Part shown: positions 57,033 to 64,000 of the stretch, piece after piece
Position numbering within the stretch: position 1 is the stretch's first letter
Layout of the letters: each line of letters begins with the position of its first letter
Assembly (NCBI GenBank): GCA_965213925.1
Contig: OZ243927.1
Location: 4,384,001-4,448,000 of the forward strand
DNA: 64,000 nt
Direction of reading: 5' to 3'
Source of the DNA: Trueperaceae bacterium
GTDB lineage: Bacteria > Deinococcota > Deinococci > Deinococcales > Trueperaceae
Made by a program: the position numbers and the translations under genes
The notes under the pieces: model-generated
The model's input: only the letters and a program-made list of their open reading frames with translations
Databases searched by the model: none
Told to the model about the DNA's origin: nothing

Positions 57033-58721
57033 ATGAGCACCACCAAACCGAGACTCAACCGGCGCAGCCGCGCCATCACCGAAGGCACGAACCGCTCACC
57101 CAACCGCGCCATGATGCGAGCCGTAGGCTTTGAAGACGAGGATTTCGAAAAGCCCATCATCGCCGTCGCGAACGGTCAGAGCAACATCACGCCTTGTAAC
57201 GCTGGGCTGGGCGAACTCTCCGACGCGGCGATGGCGGCGATACGCGCGGCGGGCGGAATGCCGGAGATGTTCGGGACCATCACCATCAGTGATGGGATTT
57301 CGATGGGGACGGAGGGGATGAAGTGCTCGCTGGTCTCCCGCGAGGTCATCGCCGACTCCATCGAAACGGTCTGCCGGGGTCAGAGCATGGACGGGCTCAT
57401 CTCGGTGGGCGGCTGCGACAAGAACATGCCCGGCGCGATGATCGCGATGGCGCGGCTCAATATTCCCGCGATTTTCGTCTACGGCGGTACCATCAAGCCC
57501 GGTCACTACAAAGGTCAGGACCTCACCATCGTGAGCGCGTTTGAGGCGGTCGGCGAATACAATGCGGGGCGCATCACGCATAGTGACTTCTGCGCGGTGG
57601 AGCGTGCGGCGTGCCCCGGCAAGGGCTCGTGCGGCGGCATGTACACCGCCAACACGATGTCGAGCGCCTTCGAAGCGATGGGGATGAGCCTCCCCTACTC
57701 CTCGACGATGGCGGCGGAAGACCAGGAGAAAGCGGACAGCGCCGCGAAGAGTGGCGAAGTTCTCTTGGACCTCATCGCCAACGACCTCAAACCGAGGGAT
57801 ATTCTCACCAAAGAAGCCTTTGAAAATGGCATCAGCGTCATCATGGCGGTGGGCGGCTCCACCAATGCTGTCTTGCACCTCTTGGCGATTGCGTACGCGG
57901 CAGGGGTAGACCTCTCACTAGACGACTTCGAACGCATCCGGGAGCGCGTGCCGCACTTCGCCGACCTCAAACCCTCGGGCAAGTACGTCGCGACGGACTT
58001 GCACCGCGTCGGCGGGATTCCTTTAGTTATGAAGATGCTCTTAGAGGCGGGACTCTTACACGGCAACTGCATGACGGTGACGGGCAAGACGGTGGCGGAG
58101 AACTTGGAAGAGGTCTCGAGCATGCCCTCCAGCGACCAAGACGTGGTGCTACCTTTCGATCAGCCCAAATACGCCCAGGGACACCTCGCCATCTTGCGCG
58201 GCAACCTCGCGCCGAACGGCTCGGTGGCGAAGATTAGCGGGCTCAAGTCCACAACCATTACGGGTCCGGCTCGAGTGTTCGAATCCGAAGAGGACGCGAT
58301 GGACGCCATCACCAGTGACGACATCAGAGCGGGCGACGTGCTCATCATCCGCTACGAAGGTCCTAAGGGCGGTCCGGGGATGCGCGAGATGCTCTCGCCG
58401 ACCTCGGCGATTATCGGCAAAGGCTTGGGTGACTCGGTCGGACTCATTACTGACGGACGCTTTTCCGGTGGGACGTACGGGCTCGTCGTCGGACACGTTG
58501 CGCCCGAGGCGCAGGTGGGTGGACCGATTGCGCTCATCCACGAAGGCGACAGCATCACGATTGACGCGGCGCAGAACCTCATTCAGATCAATATTGAAGA
58601 TAGCGAGTTAGAAGAGCGCCGTAAGAATTGGCAAGCACCGCCGATCAAGTATCAGAGTGGGGTGTTGGCGAAGTATGCGAAGTTGGTGGGGAGTGCGTCG
58701 GAGGGGGCGGTGACGGATTAA
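57033..58721 (+). CDS. ilvD: Dihydroxy-acid dehydratase
   Basis: [39 protein letters not shown]. Confidence 0.97.
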   Translation: MSTTKPRLNRRSRAITEGTNRSPNRAMMRAVGFEDEDFEKPIIAVANGQSNITPCNAGLGELSDAAMAAIRAAGGMPEMFGTITISDGISMGTEGMKCSLVSREVIADSIETVCRGQSMDGLISVGGCDKNMPGAMIAMARLNIPAIFVYGGTIKPGHYKGQDLTIVSAFEAVGEYNAGRITHSDFCAVERAACPGKGSCGGMYTANTMSSAFEAMGMSLPYSSTMAAEDQEKADSAAKSGEVLLDLIANDLKPRDILTKEAFENGISVIMAVGGSTNAVLHLLAIAYAAGVDLSLDDFERIRERVPHFADLKPSGKYVATDLHRVGGIPLVMKMLLEAGLLHGNCMTVTGKTVAENLEEVSSMPSSDQDVVLPFDQPKYAQGHLAILRGNLAPNGSVAKISGLKSTTITGPARVFESEEDAMDAITSDDIRAGDVLIIRYEGPKGGPGMREMLSPTSAIIGKGLGDSVGLITDGRFSGGTYGLVVGHVAPEAQVGGPIALIHEGDSITIDAAQNLIQINIEDSELEERRKNWQAPPIKYQSGVLAKYAKLVGSASEGAVTD

Positions 58722-58968
58722 ACCTGAAAAAGTTCTAGCGAAAATCTTGTCCGGCTCCAAAAACATTCGCTTCGGTGATTTTGTCGGACTCATTGAGGCG
58801 TATGGCTTTACGCTCTCTCGAGTCAGCGGAAGCCACCACATGTTCAAACACCCCGACATTCCAGAGTTGGTGAACGTCCAAGAGGTGAAAGGTCAGTCCA
58901 AACCCTACCAAGTTCGCCAATTCTTGCAACTTATCGAGCGCTACAACCTCTCTTTGGAGGAAAAATGA
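58717..58968 (+). CDS. hicA: HicA-family toxin, apparent ATT start
   Basis: [20 protein letters not shown]; frame open back to ATT at 58717. Confidence 0.85.
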   Translation: MKPEKVLAKILSGSKNIRFGDFVGLIEAYGFTLSRVSGSHHMFKHPDIPELVNVQEVKGQSKPYQVRQFLQLIERYNLSLEEK

Positions 58969-59183
58969 AGGACTATCACATCAATATCTTCTACAGCGAA
59001 GAAGATGAGGGCTACATCGCGGATATTCCGGACCTCAGATTTTGCTCGGCGTTTGGTGAGACGCCCATAGAGGCATTGGCTGAGGTGGAGAAGGCTAAAG
59101 AGCTTTGGCTCGAGGTGGCAAAAGAGGAAGGTAGACCCATTCCCGAACCTCGGTACAAGCCCGTCATTTATCAAGTAGCGTGA
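58965..59183 (+). CDS. hicB: HicB-family antitoxin
   Basis: YIADIPDL...CSAFGETPIEAL...GRPIPEP. Confidence 0.9.
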   Translation: MKDYHINIFYSEEDEGYIADIPDLRFCSAFGETPIEALAEVEKAKELWLEVAKEEGRPIPEPRYKPVIYQVA

Positions 59184-59404
59184 GCATTATTCCGCCATGT
59201 TTCGAAGAGCACTATCCGAACCTCGCAGATTGGGTGGCGGATGGGTGGCTCGAGCTTGGCTTCGATTACGGCTCGGGGGCATTTATCCGTCTCATTGATC
59301 ACGGTGGCATGGTTTGGCAGGGTAAAGCCGAGTACCCGACGGTGGACGCGGCGCTTGCTGAGGCGGAAGAGGCGGCGAAGGCGTGGTTTGAGGAGAATGG
59401 GTGA
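59180..59404 (+). CDS. Small acidic hypothetical protein coupled to hicB
   Basis: GTGA overlap with hicB stop; 74 aa, Trp/Gly-rich. Confidence 0.7.
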   Translation: MSIIPPCFEEHYPNLADWVADGWLELGFDYGSGAFIRLIDHGGMVWQGKAEYPTVDAALAEAEEAAKAWFEENG

Positions 59405-61772
59405 ACACCCCCACCCCCTCGAGCCCCTCCTCACCTCTTTAATCTCGAGGTCAGCCGATCACCCCCGCCGCACCCTCCTCATCCTCTCTTTTATCACCCT
59501 CCTCTTAGGCGCAGGACTTTTCAACCTCCGCTTCGAGACAGGACTACTCGACTGGCTCCCCGCCTCAAACCCGGACGTGCAAGCCTTTGACCGCGTGGTC
59601 GAAGAGGTGGACAGCATCACGAATCAGGAGTTGTTGAGGCTCGAGCTAGACCCCCAAAAAGCCGCGCAAGCGGACGTCTCTTCTATCACCGATGAGAGGG
59701 CGATTCGCGCTCAGGAGGAGTTGGCGGGCTTCGTGCAGGAGCGCGTGCCGCAAGTCAGCCACGTCATCGGGCTACCGCTTTGGGTCAAGCTGGCGAACTA
59801 CACCTCTTCGGGGGCGGAGCCGGGCGCTTTTGCGCTGCCGGAAAATTCGGCGGAATTCGCGCTCTATTGGCGCGGCATCGCGGCGACGCAGGAAGAACTG
59901 CTGCGAATCACCGTATCCGAAGACCAGCAGACGGCGCTCCTCAACTTCGTGATTGAGGGGGACCCGCTGGCGGCGGGCTCGAGGCAAGTCGGCGCAAATT
60001 TTACTCGAGCATTAGAAGAATATGCGAACTGGGAGGGCAAGAGGTTTGACGTGTTGGAAACGGACGGGCTCACCCCCGTCGGTCTCGCCTCGGGCATCGG
60101 TAATATCGACCGGATTCTGAGCCGTGACCTCCTCCTACTCGCGCCGCTCGCATGTCTCCTACTCATAGCTTTTTTATTTCTCGCCTTTCGGGATTTTAAG
60201 GATACGTTAGCCGCGCTTACCTTGCTCCTCACTGCGCTCGTCTGGACCTTTGGCACGGTGGGCTGGCTCGGGATTCCCCTCAACATCGTCAACGTGACGC
60301 TCTTTCCGCTTGTCTTGGGCGTCGGGATTGACTATGCGATCCATATGTTGAATGCGTATGGCGATGTAAGAGGTCAAACTGGCATAGAGCAAGAGGTTGC
60401 GAAAGAGGTCGCGTCGCGCACGGGAATAGCACTCCTCATGGCGACGCTCATCACCGTGTCAGGATTGCTCGCGTTGACCTTATCGGGCGTGCCGGGCATG
60501 GTGGGGCTGGGCATCTTCGCGGCGCTCAGCATGGTGTTTTTGTTGACGTTAGCGCTCACACTCTTGCCCGCGCTGAAAGCACTTTTGCCTGCTCGTGATA
60601 CTCGAGCCTCCCAGAACATCGCCCTCGCCAACCTCATGAACTTTCTCGGCAAGAGGTGGCAGCTTACCGCAGCGATTCTCACCGCTTTAACTCTACTTTC
60701 CCTCTTAGGACTCGGTGACACGACGTATCAGACCGACGCCATTCAGGGGAACTATCCGGCTGATGACCCTTTCGTTCGCGCCACCGAGCAGATCGCTTCG
60801 GGAACAGGCGGCGCGTTTCCCGAGTTCGTCATCTTTCAAGGCGACCTCACGACGCTTGAGTTCCTGGCGTACACACGGGCGTTAGAGGCAGCGTTGCGCT
60901 CTGAGACAGGACTCGGTGCGGGAACGACGGTGGTCGGACCGACTCGCCTACTCGGAAGTTACGAAGTTTTGAAAGGTGGCGTCGCGCCCGCGTTGCGGCG
61001 TTATCTGGCGAACGGCGGCTCGTTGGAGCAGGCTGCGCCGACGGACGATGAAGCCATCCAAACTGCTTACGAGGAGATGCACGAGAGCGTCGCTTGGGCT
61101 CCGCTGATTCAACTGGTCTCGAGCCCCACCCTTAACACGGGCATCCTCATCGTCGTGCCGAATGCCGCGACCTCTTTGGAAGAGGTGCAGGAACTTAGGA
61201 GGGGGCTCGAAAACGCAGTCGCCATGACCGCCGAAAAAAAACCGCCCAACGTCGAAACGAACATTTTAGGCTACCGCACCCTCACCGCCCTCTTTATCCA
61301 GACGAGCCTCTTCTGGATGCGCGTGCTCTTCTTCGTCGCGCTCGCCGCCGCCGTTCTTCTCGTTTGGCTCTTTACAAGGAGTTGGCGAGCCGTTCTCGCG
61401 GTGAGCCTCGTCATGACGGTGTCCGGGGTGTGGTGGCTGGCGCTCTTGTCGGTCTTCGACATCTACATCTCGATCTTCTTGATCTTTCCGCTCGTCTTTA
61501 TGGTGAGCGCGGGTTCGGACTACGCGGTGCATCTGGTGTGGGGCTTAGAGGTCCGAGCCAGGGAGCGGACGGGTGGGGCGGAAGAGGTCTACGCGACGGT
61601 AGGAAAAGCGGTGCTCTATTCGGCACTTACGAGCGCGGCGGTCTTCGGCGTGTTCGTCCCGGTGTACCTCGTCAGCGTCTCGCAAGTGATGTTAGCGGTC
61701 GTGCTCGTGGTGGCAACGACGCTCCTTTGCACAGTCCTCAGCGTGCCACTAGTGATAAGGCGTTCGTCTTAG
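59397..61772 (+). CDS. MMPL/RND-family transporter
   Basis: Duplicated TM-loop-5TM architecture; GVGIDYAIH and SAGSDYAVH. Confidence 0.88.
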   Translation: MGEHPHPLEPLLTSLISRSADHPRRTLLILSFITLLLGAGLFNLRFETGLLDWLPASNPDVQAFDRVVEEVDSITNQELLRLELDPQKAAQADVSSITDERAIRAQEELAGFVQERVPQVSHVIGLPLWVKLANYTSSGAEPGAFALPENSAEFALYWRGIAATQEELLRITVSEDQQTALLNFVIEGDPLAAGSRQVGANFTRALEEYANWEGKRFDVLETDGLTPVGLASGIGNIDRILSRDLLLLAPLACLLLIAFLFLAFRDFKDTLAALTLLLTALVWTFGTVGWLGIPLNIVNVTLFPLVLGVGIDYAIHMLNAYGDVRGQTGIEQEVAKEVASRTGIALLMATLITVSGLLALTLSGVPGMVGLGIFAALSMVFLLTLALTLLPALKALLPARDTRASQNIALANLMNFLGKRWQLTAAILTALTLLSLLGLGDTTYQTDAIQGNYPADDPFVRATEQIASGTGGAFPEFVIFQGDLTTLEFLAYTRALEAALRSETGLGAGTTVVGPTRLLGSYEVLKGGVAPALRRYLANGGSLEQAAPTDDEAIQTAYEEMHESVAWAPLIQLVSSPTLNTGILIVVPNAATSLEEVQELRRGLENAVAMTAEKKPPNVETNILGYRTLTALFIQTSLFWMRVLFFVALAAAVLLVWLFTRSWRAVLAVSLVMTVSGVWWLALLSVFDIYISIFLIFPLVFMVSAGSDYAVHLVWGLEVRARERTGGAEEVYATVGKAVLYSALTSAAVFGVFVPVYLVSVSQVMLAVVLVVATTLLCTVLSVPLVIRRSS

Positions 61773-61859
61773 CGTGAGATTCAACCTCTTTCGCGCAAAA
61801 GGTTTCAGTCTTGGAATTTTAGGTGAGACTCGGTAAGGTAACGATATGGGAAACGCAAG

Positions 61860-62903
61860 ATGAAGGTGCTGGTGTTGCTTCTACTCCTCTTCACGCCTGC
61901 GTTCGCGCAGCCGCTGCGCGTGGGCATCAAGGAGGCTCCGCCCTTTATTATCGGGGAGAGCGAACCCTACACGGGCATCAGCATCGACTTGTGGGGAGAA
62001 CTCGCTCAGCGCTTAGACTTAGAGTACACCTTAGAAACTCGAGACTTAGAAGGGCTCCTCGCAGGCGTCGAGGACGGGTCTTTGGACGTGGCGATTGCCG
62101 CGATTACGGTCAACGCGCCTAGAGAGGAGCGCTTCGACTTTTCCCACCCGTATTACCAAACGGGCTTGGGCATCTTGACAAGGCCCGAGGGGCAGAGCGG
62201 TATCTTGACGATGGTCCGCCGTTTGTTAGCACCCGAGACGCTTTTTTTGATCGGCTCGCTCTGCACGCTTTTACTCGTCGCGGGTCTTGCAGTCTGGCTG
62301 TTCGAGCGCAAGGCGAACCCCGAGCAGTTCGACTCTCACGCGCTTAAAGGGCTGGGTGAAGGCTTCTGGTGGTCGGCGGTGACGATGACGACGGTGGGCT
62401 ACGGCGACAAAGCGCCGCAGACCTTGGGCGGGCGCATCGTGGCGCTCATCTGGATGTTCGCGTCGTTCATTATCTTATCGAGTTTCGTCGCGAATCTCAC
62501 CTCGAGGGTGACTTTAGAGGGTTTAGAGTCCTCCATCGAAGGTCCGCGCGACCTCTACGACGCCGAAGTCGCCACGCTTGAAAGCTCGACGAGCGAGCGC
62601 TACTTGCAGCGGGAGCAGATCGAGCATCAGACCTATCCGAGCGTCGAAGCCGGCATCGAAGCGATGCTCCGAGATGAAACGGACGCCGTCGTCCACGACG
62701 CGCCGCTGCTGCGCTACTTGGCGGTGAATAGGTTTCAGGGGCGGGTGCGGCTCGTGCGCTCGGAATTCGAACCGCAGCGCTACGGGGTCGCCCTGAGTGA
62801 AGGAAGCTCGCTCCGCGAGCCCATCAACCGCGAACTGCTGAGCATCCTCAACAGTACGGTCTGGGACGCGATTCTCGAGCGCTACCTAGGCAGGGACGAT
62901 TAA
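61860..62903 (+). CDS. GluR0-like ligand-gated K+ channel (split substrate-binding domain plus pore)
   Basis: Signal peptide, PBP lobe, FWWSAVTMTTVGYGD, second lobe. Confidence 0.9.
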   Translation: MKVLVLLLLLFTPAFAQPLRVGIKEAPPFIIGESEPYTGISIDLWGELAQRLDLEYTLETRDLEGLLAGVEDGSLDVAIAAITVNAPREERFDFSHPYYQTGLGILTRPEGQSGILTMVRRLLAPETLFLIGSLCTLLLVAGLAVWLFERKANPEQFDSHALKGLGEGFWWSAVTMTTVGYGDKAPQTLGGRIVALIWMFASFIILSSFVANLTSRVTLEGLESSIEGPRDLYDAEVATLESSTSERYLQREQIEHQTYPSVEAGIEAMLRDETDAVVHDAPLLRYLAVNRFQGRVRLVRSEFEPQRYGVALSEGSSLREPINRELLSILNSTVWDAILERYLGRDD

Positions 62904-63921
62904 CGCGGCGCTCCGAATTCTACTTTTGTTCGCGCTCTGCTCGCTCGCTTGGGGGCAGAACCTCGAGCAGGTCGAAACGTACCTCGAGCAAACCAATCCG
63001 CGACGAGGTGACGTGCGCATCGTGGTTTTAAGCGACTTTAATGGCGCTTACGGCTCGCTTAGCTACGACCCACAAGTCGGGAGAGTTTTAGACGCCATCA
63101 CTCAGACCTGGCAGCCCGACCTCTTGCTCTCGGCGGGTGACGTGATCGGCGGGCAAAACACCTCTTTGCCGGAGGAGCGGTTTGCGCAGATGTGGGAAGC
63201 GTTCGACGCGCAGGTTGCTACACCTCTTCGCGCCGCGAACATTCCCTACGCCTTCACAATAGGCAACCACGACGGCTCGAGCCTCCGCGACAAAGATGGT
63301 TTTGTATTTCAAAAGGAACGAGACGCCGCCCGCGCATACTGGAACAGACCTCTTCATAAAGCGAATCTTCCTTACCAAAACCGAGAAGATTTCCCGTTCA
63401 ACTACAGTTTTATCTTTGGAGAGCTTTTCGTGATCGTGTGGGACGCCTCGAGCGCTCGCATTGCAGAGGAGCAAAGAGGTTGGGTAGCGCGGGAACTCTC
63501 GAGCCCGGCGGCGAAGAATGCGGAGCTTCGCGTGCTGCTAGGACATCTACCCTTTTACGGCGTGAGCGAAGCGAAGAACGAGCCGGGCGAGGTTTTGGAG
63601 AACGGAGACGAGTTGAGGAGGTGGCTCGAATCACTCGGTCTCGACCTCTATATCAGCGGTCATCACGCGGCGTACTATCCTGCCAAAAAAGGCGAGGTGA
63701 CGCTGCTTCATTCGGGTGGCATCGGCGCGCGGCGGCTGTTGGGGAGCGAGGCGGAGCCCAGAAGTGCGGTGACCGTCGTGGACATTGACTTCGCAGCGAG
63801 TGTGACAATTCGTCTGACCACGTTTGACGCCACCACGTTCGAGGTGATCTCTCCCGAATCGCTACCGAGGCGGCTCGAGGGATTGAACGGTTCCTTAATC
63901 CGCCTCGACTTAGCGCCGTAA
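62899..63921 (+). CDS. Exported calcineurin-like metallophosphoesterase, apparent ATT start
   Basis: LSDFN, AGD, GNHD, GHLP, SGHH; signal peptide complete only from 62899. Confidence 0.85.
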   Translation: MNAALRILLLFALCSLAWGQNLEQVETYLEQTNPRRGDVRIVVLSDFNGAYGSLSYDPQVGRVLDAITQTWQPDLLLSAGDVIGGQNTSLPEERFAQMWEAFDAQVATPLRAANIPYAFTIGNHDGSSLRDKDGFVFQKERDAARAYWNRPLHKANLPYQNREDFPFNYSFIFGELFVIVWDASSARIAEEQRGWVARELSSPAAKNAELRVLLGHLPFYGVSEAKNEPGEVLENGDELRRWLESLGLDLYISGHHAAYYPAKKGEVTLLHSGGIGARRLLGSEAEPRSAVTVVDIDFAASVTIRLTTFDATTFEVISPESLPRRLEGLNGSLIRLDLAP

Positions 63922-64000
63922 AGCTCACCTCCCGCCAGCTTTCCGCCGACCTCTTGAAGAGGAGAATCTAGCGTAAATCTTGTTTGCGCGTCGGACCTAA

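Noticed and set aside
57096..57878. 260-aa ORF
   Set aside because: Antisense shadow of ilvD
1..64000. CRISPR array, tRNA or rRNA genes
   Set aside because: No regularly spaced repeat-spacer series and no recognisable tRNA or rRNA sequence seen by eye
1..64000. Frequent AAGAGGT/ACCTCTT as a DNA-uptake sequence
   Set aside because: Mostly explained by (G/C/A)AA-GAG-GTN codon runs; intergenic excess cannot be shown by eye

Overview
Chromosomal segment from a GC-rich bacterium, most likely Deinococcota (Truepera-like). This is inferred from a DrRRA-like response regulator, an LptF/LptG/LptD-like operon and widespread leaderless-type gene starts. Core genes (metG, zwf/gnd, rlmH, purN/purD, acuB/acuC, divIVA, argR, sppA, ilvD) alternate with accessory patches. 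These include a toxin-antitoxin hotspot after metG, a low-GC HEPN-motif (DUF4209-like) gene split by an IS982-family element, a second IS982 isoform, a stress/redox cluster, a Uma2 gene, an acetyltransferase-kinase-nucleotidyltransferase operon and a hicAB module. I recognised no rRNA, tRNA or CRISPR array. Structure not explained by the ORF track: (1) CTCGAG is highly iterated and marks cassette junctions and a gene breakpoint in the TA hotspot; (2) a duplicated 62-bp promoter block, each copy apparently driving a ~45-nt terminated RNA, flanks the Uma2 gene; (3) a dispersed modular GCAGGTAT...ATACCTGC element occurs four times; (4) three phased DnaA boxes abut an uncalled 48-aa membrane gene; (5) paired TTGGCAA-N5-TTGCCA(A/G) palindromes lie upstream of a small orphan gene; (6) three genes appear to start at ATT/ATA. 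All counts and alignments were done by eye.
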